Below are positions 38,619-47,818 of a stretch of DNA of 64,000 nt, piece by piece. Within the stretch, counting starts at the first letter, position 1, and every line of letters starts with the position of its first letter. The stretch is from Phycisphaerae bacterium (GTDB lineage: Bacteria > Planctomycetota > Phycisphaerae > UBA1845): assembly GCA_963666835.2 (NCBI GenBank), contig CAXXGO010000001.1:2104829-2168828 (forward strand). Direction: 5' to 3'. A model generated the notes under the pieces. That model worked only from the letters and a program-made list of their open reading frames with translations, was not told the origin of the DNA and did not search any database. Position numbers and translations under genes: made by a program.

Positions 38619-39356
38619 ATGGCGAAACCGAAGACCGCACGGGAGGCAACCAAGCCCGGGGAACCGGTGCTCACGGTGGTCGATCAGATCGATCGCGAGC
38701 TGGCCGCTACGGCGTTGGCGAAGCGTCGGGCGGGGGAGAAGCCCACCGGTCGGGAGCTGGCCGCTCTGCGTCGGGCGGAGGCGGCGCGTGCAACTCAACT
38801 CCGTTGGCAGCATTACAGATCGATCCCGAAGCGGGATTGGCAGACGATGTCCGGGCGACAGGTGAAGGTCATCAACGAGCAGGCCCATCGGTACGGTCTG
38901 CCGCTGCTGGGTCGGACGATCGACCTACCCGCGGTCGTGGCCGCACTGCATGACTTCCTGGCCAGTAACAAGCACCGGCTTGCCGGCGATGGAAAAGACG
39001 GCCGGGTGAGCAGCCGTGAGGCGGATCGCCGGTACAAGCAAGCCCGGGCTGAACGGGAAGAGCGGAAGAACCAGGAGGAGGCCGGGCTGCTGGTGACGCT
39101 CGAAGAACTCAAGCGAAACCGCCTTGAGCTGATTGAATGGTTCGTGAGCGTTCTGGAGGAGCTTCCGGCCCTCCTTGCTCCGACGATCGCGGGCAAGGTC
39201 TTGACGATGCCTACCGCCCAAGCGGCAGTGCGGAAACGCATTAGCGAACACCGGAACTACCTCGTGGCCTTGTCAGACGCAAGAAAAGGAGATAATTCGA
39301 ATGACTCAGACACAACAACCGCAAAGCACTGCGGCAACGCCGATCGCCCTGGCTGA
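38619..39356 (+). CDS. Putative terminase small subunit (lambda Nu1-like)
   Basis: IDLPAVV wing-like segment then RYKQARAEREERKNQEEAGLLV..EE..LEELPALLAP coiled coil resembling Nu1/DUF1441-like proteins. Confidence 0.6.
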   Translation: MAKPKTAREATKPGEPVLTVVDQIDRELAATALAKRRAGEKPTGRELAALRRAEAARATQLRWQHYRSIPKRDWQTMSGRQVKVINEQAHRYGLPLLGRTIDLPAVVAALHDFLASNKHRLAGDGKDGRVSSREADRRYKQARAEREERKNQEEAGLLVTLEELKRNRLELIEWFVSVLEELPALLAPTIAGKVLTMPTAQAAVRKRISEHRNYLVALSDARKGDNSNDSDTTTAKHCGNADRPG

Positions 39357-39561
39357 CTCGCTGGCTCGTAAGTATCAGCTCAGGTTCCTGGACATCCTTC
39401 ACGAAGAAATCGTGAGCCGCATACCCGAAGGCGATGATGACACGATCATGTCGGAGGAACAAAGGGCGCTCATGCTCGCAGAGGGCAAGTGGGCCGCCCT
39501 ACGCCGCTTTGCCGCGGAATTGAGCGAGGAGTGCTCCTGCGACGAACGGCCGGGGAGTTGA
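39301..39561 (+). CDS. Small hypothetical protein
   Basis: RBS AAGGAG; 86 aa; overlaps end of the TerS-like gene. Confidence 0.5.
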   Translation: MTQTQQPQSTAATPIALADSLARKYQLRFLDILHEEIVSRIPEGDDDTIMSEEQRALMLAEGKWAALRRFAAELSEECSCDERPGS

Positions 39562-39676
39562 GGCGGGTTGGGCAACGCCGCGTTGGGCGGAACCGGTCGT
39601 ATTGCGCGGTGACCGGCAGAGCCTATTCGCGCAGATGTTCAATGGGAGCTGCCGGGCGACACACGGTGGAGTGGCT

Positions 39677-42600
39677 TCATCCATCGCCGTGGCCGGACGC
39701 TCGGCGGAGGACTTCGTTGAGAGCCGCGCGGCGGAGGGGGGCGGTCAGGGTGGTGTCATCGCGTAGTTGTTTGGCTACGTCGCTCCAGTCTTCGGCCTCG
39801 CGGTGAAGATCCTCTACAAGCCGCTCGGCCTCCGGCGCGGCGTTGAGGATATCCTGGTATTGCGCATAGCGGTCTTTGAACGGTACGCTATCCCGAATGC
39901 GTACCGTGCCGTCGCCCACCGCTGCGGCCAGGCGAGTGCCGTCCGGACTGAAGGCCACGGAGTTCACCGAATCTTGATGATCCCTGAGCGTGAGGATCCG
40001 TTCACCTGTGGACGTGTCGGCGATCCACACCGTTCCGACAGACGAGCCCAGAGCCACGCGCGTTCCATTCTTGCTAAACGCGATAGAGGAGAAGCTATGC
40101 ACTTTGCTCGGCGATGCTACGGTTTCCCCGGTGGCGAGGTTCCACAGGCACATGCCTTTGCCGCCAACCGGGGCGAGAAGATCGCCGTCCGAACTGAAGG
40201 CAATGTCCTCAATCGAAGCGGCTCCGCAGACGCGTTCGTCCAGGCGAGACAGAAACTCGCCTGAGGAGACATCCCAGAGGTGTACGGTTCCGTCATCGAT
40301 TCCGGACGCCAGTCTGGCTCCGTCGGGGCTGAACGTAACGCACTTGACGACCATTCCCATATCCCGTTCGCAGAGCAGTCGGCCGGTAGCTGAATCCCAG
40401 AGACGCAACGCTCCCTTCTTCGTTCCGGAGGCCAGCCGGTCGCCCACCGGACTGAAGGCAACGGTGACTACCATTTCGTCGCCGTGTTGAAGAACTCCGG
40501 CTTGGTCGCCCGTGCTGCTGTCCCACAGCCGAACCGTGCCATCCAACGACGCCGACGCTACGTGGGTGCTCTCTCGGTTGAACGCTACCGCGACCACGTC
40601 GTCGCCGTGTCCCGAGAGCACGGCCAGCTCTTCCGCGGTGGATGAGTCCCAAAGCCGTACAGTCTTGTCCGTCGATCCCGATGCGATTCGGGTTCCGTCC
40701 GCGTTGAACTTCACCGAACGAACCGCACGTTGATGGCCCCGGAGGATCTGCAATCCGCTGGGAGAGAAGAGACTCCAGTATGTCACGGTGCCATCGTGGC
40801 AGCCTGAAACAAGGCCTTGACCGTCTGAGGTGAATGTTACTTGATCCGGACTATGCCCGCGGGTTCGAATCGCTGCGATCCGGCTACCGGTGGACACATC
40901 CCAAACGCGGAAGTGGTCGTTTATGGTCCTCGACAGAAGGCGACTGCCGTCTGCGCTGAACGAAACGGACGACGGAATCTCCCCCTCTTCATCCATTCGC
41001 CGTACCTCCACTCCATCGGCGGTACTCCATAGTCGCACGGTGCCGTCCGATGACCCGGACGCCAGGTACATGCCGTCCGGGCTGAAGGACAGGGATTTGA
41101 CATCTGCGGAGTGCCCGGTCAGAATTCGCGGCTCATTGTTGGAGGATAGGTCCCACAGCCGAATCGTGTCGTCAGCCAAGCCGGACGCCATATGCGTACC
41201 GTCCCAACTGAGTGCCACAGTGAAGACCGGCGTATCAGGTATGGGTGGGAAACAGACTTCACGGTTGGTGAGGGTGTCCAGCACACACGTCAAACCAGCG
41301 GACGATACGGAGGCCACTCGGGCACCGTCTGCACTGAATGCCGGAGGGTAACGGCTTGTCCCGGGCTGCCACGTGGCGCGGATCTCTGGGCTGGTGGCGA
41401 CATCCCAAATGCGTATTATCCCCTCCAGCGTCCTCGTTGCGATACGCGATCCGTCGCGGCTCAACGCTACCGTTTGCATTTGCTTCCCGTCGCCGGGCAG
41501 AGTGACGAGTTTGGCTCCGGTGTCGGTACTCCACAGGCAGATCGACCCGTCTACCATCCCTGTCGCGAGGCGCCTACCGTCTGGGCTGATTGTGAAGAAG
41601 GAGTGAGCTTCCGGATTGGACGTATCGAGAGAGACCGTCTCAAGACTATGGTCGGTTTCGGCGTGCAGATGCGACCACTCCCAGTCTCGGAACTCGCGCG
41701 GCGCACGGTTGAGGCTGTCATTGATCATTGCGAAGTCATTCAATGGAAACGCCAGTTCAGCCGCAGTGATGCCGGCAACGTAGGCCTTCCACCGCGCCTC
41801 ATGCTCGTTCTTTCGGGATTCATCCCGCGCTGCACGGGTTTGAGTGTATGCCCAGCTGATTCCCGCCAGCGCAAAAAGCAGCGCAACGAACACGCCGGCA
41901 AGAGCACCGACGGCGGCCTTGTTGCGTCTGGCGAGCAACGATAGCTGATAGTACATGCTCGGCGGACGGGCGTTGATCGGGGCCTTATTGAGGTACCGGC
42001 GAATATCATCCGCGAAATCCGAGGCGGATTGGTACCGCCGGTCGCGGTCCTTCTCCATCGCCTTAAGGACAACCGTCTCCACATCGCCACGCAGCTTCGG
42101 GTTGATCGAGGACGGCCGGGGCGGTGTGCTTTCCCGAATGACCTTCGTCGCCCGGTAGATGGTTTCACTCCGCGCGTCATAGGGCAACCGTCCGGTGATA
42201 AGCTCGTACGCCAGCACGCCCAACGCGTAGACATCACTGCGCGTATCCAAGCCCAGAACGTTCGCGTCGCATTGTTCCGGGCTCATGTATTGCAGCGTGC
42301 CGATCAACTGTCCGACGTCGGTTCGAATCGTGGTCACGGCGATGTCCGAATCCGTCAGGCGGGCCACCCCGAAGTCGATGACCTTCACCTGCCCCGACGA
42401 ATCCACCAGGATGTTGCCGGGCTTGAGATCTCGGTGGATTACACCGCGCTGGTGGCCGTGGTGGACGGCGTCGCAGACTTGGGTGAACAGCTCCAGTCGA
42501 GCCCGCGTGCCCAGCTTCTTTTCGTTGGCATAAGCGATGAACGGCCTGGCGTCACGGATGTACTCCATGGCGAAGAACGGCACAACGCCGCGTCCCGCTT

Positions 42601-43072
42601 CAGGATCACGATGCGTACCGGCCTCGTAGATCTGGGCGATATGCGGGTGCGTCAGTCGGGCGAGGATCTCCGACTCATACTCGAAACGGCGCAACGCCGA
42701 CCGTGTAGAGGCCCAGGCCCGCATGACCTTCAGGGCCACGATGCGGCTGGGCCTGATCTGCTCGGCCGCGTACACCGTGCCCATCCCGCCGGAGCCGATC
42801 ACCTTCTTGATCAGATACTTGTTGACACGTTTGCCAATGAGAGGGTCCGGGGCGTCGTCCGCGCTGCCACGCGCCGCCCCGGACCCGAGCCGGGGAGGAA
42901 GGAGAAACTCTGAAGAAGCCCGCGCGTCGTGCTCCAAGAGCGATTCGACCTCGGCCCGCAGCTCCGCGTCATCTTTGCAGGCCTCAGCCAGGTAAGCGGC
43001 CCGGTCCTTAGGCGAGCGTGCTACGACCGCTTCGAAAAGCTCCTGCACGCGCTCCCACTGACCGGCCAACAT
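39677..43072 (-). CDS. Ser/Thr protein kinase with C-terminal WD40 repeats
   Basis: IGSGGMGTVY, VALK, HRDLKPGN, DFG, GTLQYMSPEQ; hydrophobic segment; about 14 WD40 repeats. Confidence 0.95.
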   Translation of the reverse strand: MLAGQWERVQELFEAVVARSPKDRAAYLAEACKDDAELRAEVESLLEHDARASSEFLLPPRLGSGAARGSADDAPDPLIGKRVNKYLIKKVIGSGGMGTVYAAEQIRPSRIVALKVMRAWASTRSALRRFEYESEILARLTHPHIAQIYEAGTHRDPEAGRGVVPFFAMEYIRDARPFIAYANEKKLGTRARLELFTQVCDAVHHGHQRGVIHRDLKPGNILVDSSGQVKVIDFGVARLTDSDIAVTTIRTDVGQLIGTLQYMSPEQCDANVLGLDTRSDVYALGVLAYELITGRLPYDARSETIYRATKVIRESTPPRPSSINPKLRGDVETVVLKAMEKDRDRRYQSASDFADDIRRYLNKAPINARPPSMYYQLSLLARRNKAAVGALAGVFVALLFALAGISWAYTQTRAARDESRKNEHEARWKAYVAGITAAELAFPLNDFAMINDSLNRAPREFRDWEWSHLHAETDHSLETVSLDTSNPEAHSFFTISPDGRRLATGMVDGSICLWSTDTGAKLVTLPGDGKQMQTVALSRDGSRIATRTLEGIIRIWDVATSPEIRATWQPGTSRYPPAFSADGARVASVSSAGLTCVLDTLTNREVCFPPIPDTPVFTVALSWDGTHMASGLADDTIRLWDLSSNNEPRILTGHSADVKSLSFSPDGMYLASGSSDGTVRLWSTADGVEVRRMDEEGEIPSSVSFSADGSRLLSRTINDHFRVWDVSTGSRIAAIRTRGHSPDQVTFTSDGQGLVSGCHDGTVTYWSLFSPSGLQILRGHQRAVRSVKFNADGTRIASGSTDKTVRLWDSSTAEELAVLSGHGDDVVAVAFNRESTHVASASLDGTVRLWDSSTGDQAGVLQHGDEMVVTVAFSPVGDRLASGTKKGALRLWDSATGRLLCERDMGMVVKCVTFSPDGARLASGIDDGTVHLWDVSSGEFLSRLDERVCGAASIEDIAFSSDGDLLAPVGGKGMCLWNLATGETVASPSKVHSFSSIAFSKNGTRVALGSSVGTVWIADTSTGERILTLRDHQDSVNSVAFSPDGTRLAAAVGDGTVRIRDSVPFKDRYAQYQDILNAAPEAERLVEDLHREAEDWSDVAKQLRDDTTLTAPLRRAALNEVLRRASGHGDG

Positions 43073-43075
43073 CGG

Positions 43076-43672
43076 CTACTTGTCACCCATTACGGTGTCG
43101 CCCTTGCTCAATTCGCGGTGCAACCACGCCCGGGCCAGCCGCCACTCGTTGTCCACCGTTCGTGGTGACACATCGAGGGCATCAGCGGTTTCGTCTACGG
43201 TCAGACCCGCGAAGTAGCGCAGCATTACGACCCGGGCCTTGCGCGGATCAAGCTGCTCAAGCTTGTCCACCGCCTCATCGACGGCCAGCACCTCGACCGG
43301 ATCCTGATCGAACAGCGGCGGCTCCTCCGCCAGATGCGCGGGCCGCTCGGCGCCGCCGCGCTTAAGGCGCTTTCTCTTACGTGCGTCATCTATGCGAATA
43401 CGACGCATCGCTTTCGCCGCGGCCGCAAAGAAATGTCGCCGGCTCGACCATTGGACGTCCTGAGAGTCAAACAGACGAAAGTACGCCTCGTGAACCAGGG
43501 CGGTCGGCTGGAGAGTGAGGTCCGATGCCTCTCCGGCCATCTGCCCCCGAGCTACGCGGCGCAATTCGTCATACACCACCGCCCAAAGCGCCTCCTGCGC
43601 GGAATCCTCCCCCCGCCCCACCGCGGCCAGTAGCTCCGTCACCGGACTATCCCTGTGCGCAGACATGCACAT
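43076..43672 (-). CDS. ECF sigma factor, kinase-associated type (TIGR02999/ECF43-like)
   Basis: VYDELRRVAR..TLQPTALVHEAY..RHFFAAAAKAMRRI..KRGG..RYFAGLT..WRLARAWL. Confidence 0.93.
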   Translation of the reverse strand: MCMSAHRDSPVTELLAAVGRGEDSAQEALWAVVYDELRRVARGQMAGEASDLTLQPTALVHEAYFRLFDSQDVQWSSRRHFFAAAAKAMRRIRIDDARKRKRLKRGGAERPAHLAEEPPLFDQDPVEVLAVDEAVDKLEQLDPRKARVVMLRYFAGLTVDETADALDVSPRTVDNEWRLARAWLHRELSKGDTVMGDK

Positions 43673-44547
43673 CTCACGAGAGAGCTGAAAACCTCATCAG
43701 TTCACTGTAACAGGTCTCGCAGCCCACGACAACCCTCCACAGTAGCACTTTAGCGGATTCCACTGGTGGTGTATTGGCAGGGGGTGTTCGGGTGTGTCAC
43801 GGCCCTACTGCCCAGACGTCGCGTATGCCCGCGTTACGCCGGGCTCCCTCATCCGCGAAGAATCGCGTTGCATGGGAATCGTACTGTGATCTTCGGTCCA
43901 CGTATGGTGGGTCGCCCGTTGTGGCATATGGCTCAAACGGCCGCATCGTCCAGAGAAACTGGCGACCACGCCCCAACATCCACCATGCGGTGCAGGTCAC
44001 TCCGGCAAGAAACTTCGGGGTTTCACTGCGCTCCCCTCACCGCTTTGACGCACGTGTATGTAGAGCGGGCGTTTCGAGCCACAAACAAGAGACAAAGCGT
44101 CAGGATGGCCCGGATTGTGAGCGTTCGACCGTCGTCTCGAAAGGGAAGGCGAGGTCTTTGTTCGGAGGCTCACATTGTTCATTCTCGGTGCGGACACGGT
44201 GTTGTGAGCACCCTCGGGAAAGCGAACACTGGGATCCTCCGTGGGCGAGCAGGGCGCAAGCCCGGGTAGGAGCGCAGACGCTTGAGGATTGGCGTCGAGA
44301 TAATCGTGGTTTCGGCCGCCGTCTTGCGATGAAAATTGGCAACTCTCAAGGCTCAAGATGCGTGACCGGTGCCGCGTCCCGAAAGGGGCGTGGGCCGGGC
44401 CGCCTTTGAGTCTGGGTATGCCAATACCTCATCGCAGGGGTGCGTTTCGGTTCCGCGCCCCCTTTGAGTGCGCCCAGAGGACCGGCCCCGTCGCGGCTGC
44501 GATTCCGATCCGCAAACTGGAACGTGGAGGAACTGGAGAAAGCGCCC

Positions 44548-47478
44548 ATGTCCCAAAGATCAGTGATGAGGCGAAGGAAGGTAATCGTATCGGTGGTAGT
44601 CCTGGGGGGGGCGCTGGCAGGTGAGGGCGTCGCCCAGGATCATGGCGCGACTGTCGCGCCGGTTCTGCAAATCACAGCGCAGAGAGACGATGAGATTACG
44701 GGCGTCCTGAGTCGAGCTACCTTACGTGTGAGTTTTTCAAGTCGAATGGAGGATCGTTCGCACGCAGTGCTCCACGTCAACCTGGGCGACGTCATGCTCG
44801 ATGCTGAGGCGGACTTCGGGCAAGACACCAGGACCCTGGGCGGTGACGGCCATGAGCTAACTCTTGACGAACACCTGGCGTTGGTCGAGCTGAACGCTGC
44901 GCTCGAGCGGCACCTCGATCCATACAGACGGGAACTCTCGCCGCACGCCGATTTGCTGCACAGGGTGGTCTCGTATTGGGCAGAGGCGCCAGTTGGCTAC
45001 CAGTTCACGCGACGCGTGATTGCGCGTGCCGCCTCCGACGTTCCACCGCCGCAACCCGATTCCGCACGGGCAACCTGCACCTACGGCTGCGAATCCATAC
45101 CCTCCTGCTTTCTTGACGATTCTTGTTGTGAGTCCTGCGGATGGCCTTGTGGCTGCTCCGGGAATTCAACTGCACATCTTCAACATGGGTGTTCATGTGC
45201 CTCCTACTGGCTATCGTACGATTATCTCGGCGAGTACTGCTATTGCTCGGAGGTCTTCGTGGCCGGATGCGATCTCGATAGTGCGTGCCTTGGGCGCTGC
45301 GGGATTGGATGTGGAGACGCGGACGGCGCCGGGGTGTACTCCTATGACTGTGCGGAGCATGACCGTTGCGGCCGCGGCCATGGTGACTGCTACAGTTCAA
45401 GCGATGTGGGCTGTTTGGATGAATTCGACGAGGCCGCGGATGATTATCTTCTCCTGAGCAACAACTGCGATGGTTGCGGGTGCGAATGTTCCGGCAACTC
45501 GGATTGCGGCTCGTGTGAAATCTGCAACGGCTGCGACTGCGTGCCGGTTCAGTGCACTGGATGCAACGTCTGCAACGGCAACCACGGTTGCACGAATTAC
45601 GAGTGCTGCGGTAACTCCGACTGCGGCTCCTGCGAATACTGCTCCGGCCACACCTGCCGTAACGTGCAATGCAGCGGCTGCAATGTGTGCAATAACAACC
45701 ACGGCTGTACGGATTACGAATGCTGCGGCAACTCGGACTGCGGCTCCTGTGAATACTGCTCCGGCCACTCTTGCCATAACGTGCAATGCAGCGGCTGCAA
45801 CGTATGCAACAACAACCACGGGTGCACGGATTACGAGTGTTGTGGTAATTCGGACTGCGGCCTGTGCGAGACATGCGTGAGCCACAACTGCGAGGCAGTA
45901 TCGTGCGCGCCCGGCGAGGAGTGCAATAACAACCATGGCTGCCAGCCGATTACCGGATATTGCGACAACGAGACAGATTGCGGTGCCTGCGAGACATGCG
46001 TGAGCCACAGTTGCGAGGCCGTGTCCTGTGAGCCTGACGAGGAGTGCGACAACAACCATGGCTGCCAGCCGATCACCGGGTACTGTGACGACGACGCAGA
46101 GTGCGGCCTGTGCGAGACGTGCGTGAGCCACAATTGCGAGGCCGTGTCCTGTGAGCCTGATGAGGAGTGTGACAACAACCACGGCTGCCAGCCGATCACC
46201 GGGTACTGTGACGACGACGCAGAGTGCGGCCTGTGCGAGACGTGCGTGAGCCACAATTGCGAGGCCGTGTCGTGTGAGCCCGATGAGGAGTGTGACAACA
46301 ACCACGGCTGCCAGCCGATCACCGGGTACTGTGACGACGACGCAGAGTGCGGCCTGTGCGAGATGTGCGTGAGCCACAATTGCGAGGCCGTGTCGTGTGA
46401 GCCCGATGAGGAGTGTGACAACAACCACGGCTGCCAGCCGATCACCGGGTACTGTGACGACGACGCAGAGTGCGGCCTGTGCGAGACGTGCGTGAGCCAC
46501 AATTGCGAGGCCGTGTCCTGTGAAGCCGATGAGGAGTGCGACAACAACCATGGCTGTCAGCCTGTAGGCCAGCCGCCGAACGCGCCAACGGGCGTGAGCG
46601 CCTCGGACGGAACGTATACGGACAAGGTCCGGATTAGCTGGAGCAATGTCGAAGCGGCTGACGAGTATCGTGTCTATCGCTGCACAAACTCCAGCACATC
46701 GTCTTGCTCAGGCCGGAGCGGTTGGCAGGGCAGTACGAGCTACGATGACACCTCTGCCACAGCGGGGACGACCTATTGGTATCGGGTCAAGGCGAGGAAT
46801 GATGCCGGCGAGAGTTCCTACAGCAGCGCGAGCAGTGGTGAACGAGCCGAAAGCGTTGACACACCGAATGCTCCGATTAGTGTAAGCGCCTCGGACGGAA
46901 CGTATGCGGACAAGGTCCGTGTCACCTGGGGGAGTGTTCAAGCGGCTGATGAGTATCGTGTCTATCGCTGCACAAACTCCAGCAGTACCTCGTCCTGCTC
47001 GGGCCAGAGCGCGTGGCAGAGCGCGAGAATATACGATGACACCTCTGTTGTGCCTGGGACGACCTATTGGTATCGTGTGAAGGCGAGGAACGACGACGGG
47101 GAGAGCCCATACAGCGACGCGAACAGTAGCTTCCGCGCGGAATGCAGCACTACCAGCGACTGTAGCATCAGCTTACGATGCTTGAGCGGGCGGTGCATAA
47201 CACAGATAGGATCTGGCGACCCAGATAATGATGGCCTGTTGTTCGACGAAGACAACTGCCTGGATGATTGGAATCCCGGCCAAGATGACACCGATGGAGA
47301 TGGGATAGGCGATGCATGCGACGCGTGTCGTAATTCGAGTGGCAGTTGCGCCAACGGCTGCCCGCCGACGCCTTCCATTTGTGGCAACGGTGCCTGCGCG
47401 GGTATGCTAGTGGCTCTATTCGGGTGGTTCGGCTTACGCTTTGTCGGGGGCAGGCGACGAACGTGTTGCAAGGGGTGA
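44548..47478 (+). CDS. Large Cys-rich surface protein: PLA2-like head, 9 Cys repeats, 2 FN3, TSP3-like Ca motif, CGxG-TM-basic tail
   Basis: Signal peptide; APTGVSASDGTY..YWYRVKARN x2; DNC..NPGQDDTDGDGIGDACD; ends ICGNGACAGMLVALFGWFGLRFVGGRRR. Confidence 0.85.
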   Translation: MSQRSVMRRRKVIVSVVVLGGALAGEGVAQDHGATVAPVLQITAQRDDEITGVLSRATLRVSFSSRMEDRSHAVLHVNLGDVMLDAEADFGQDTRTLGGDGHELTLDEHLALVELNAALERHLDPYRRELSPHADLLHRVVSYWAEAPVGYQFTRRVIARAASDVPPPQPDSARATCTYGCESIPSCFLDDSCCESCGWPCGCSGNSTAHLQHGCSCASYWLSYDYLGEYCYCSEVFVAGCDLDSACLGRCGIGCGDADGAGVYSYDCAEHDRCGRGHGDCYSSSDVGCLDEFDEAADDYLLLSNNCDGCGCECSGNSDCGSCEICNGCDCVPVQCTGCNVCNGNHGCTNYECCGNSDCGSCEYCSGHTCRNVQCSGCNVCNNNHGCTDYECCGNSDCGSCEYCSGHSCHNVQCSGCNVCNNNHGCTDYECCGNSDCGLCETCVSHNCEAVSCAPGEECNNNHGCQPITGYCDNETDCGACETCVSHSCEAVSCEPDEECDNNHGCQPITGYCDDDAECGLCETCVSHNCEAVSCEPDEECDNNHGCQPITGYCDDDAECGLCETCVSHNCEAVSCEPDEECDNNHGCQPITGYCDDDAECGLCEMCVSHNCEAVSCEPDEECDNNHGCQPITGYCDDDAECGLCETCVSHNCEAVSCEADEECDNNHGCQPVGQPPNAPTGVSASDGTYTDKVRISWSNVEAADEYRVYRCTNSSTSSCSGRSGWQGSTSYDDTSATAGTTYWYRVKARNDAGESSYSSASSGERAESVDTPNAPISVSASDGTYADKVRVTWGSVQAADEYRVYRCTNSSSTSSCSGQSAWQSARIYDDTSVVPGTTYWYRVKARNDDGESPYSDANSSFRAECSTTSDCSISLRCLSGRCITQIGSGDPDNDGLLFDEDNCLDDWNPGQDDTDGDGIGDACDACRNSSGSCANGCPPTPSICGNGACAGMLVALFGWFGLRFVGGRRRTCCKG
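45487..46563 (+). repeat. Intragenic tandem repeats: 3 x 117 bp, one hybrid unit, 5 x 123 bp
   Basis: Near-identical 123-bp units start at 46081, 46204, 46327, 46450. Confidence 0.95.
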
Positions 47479-47818
47479 GAATGACTGTCGTTCGGGAGAA
47501 TCCCATCCGGATGGGATCGGACACGCCGAGTGGGGTGCATGAGGGCGATCGCACGCGGGGCCAGGATAGCCGGCCCGTTGAGAGCGGTTCCGATGAGTGT
47601 TTAGGGGCGTTTCGGGCTTGTCCCAGGCTGGTCGTGGCAGTGTACCTGCGTCTATAATGGACCGAGGTTTGCATCCGGGCGCGTTTTCCCGGTGGCTGGG
47701 AGGCATGGGCTCCGCGGTATAGTGGGACTGCTGGCTCTGGTTGACGTCGTTGGGCCGACGGCAATCGTCCGTCTTATGAAAGGTGAGGCGGTTCAGTGAC
47801 GCTCGGCGTGGGATGCGG

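Larger units (their letters stand above)
36066..39561 (+). mobile_element. Prophage/satellite remnant (att, cos-like site, ParB-N, radical SAM, TerS-like)
   Basis: tRNA fragment plus co-oriented phage-type genes; right boundary unknown. Confidence 0.7.

Noticed and set aside
44050..44547. c-di-GMP or other known riboswitch
   Set aside because: Consensus elements not found; kept only as an unassigned structured leader.
45487..46563. Multiheme cytochrome from the many CxxC + His motifs
   Set aside because: Motifs are CxxCxxH or CxxCxxxH, not CxxCH; the Cys pattern fits disulfide repeats.
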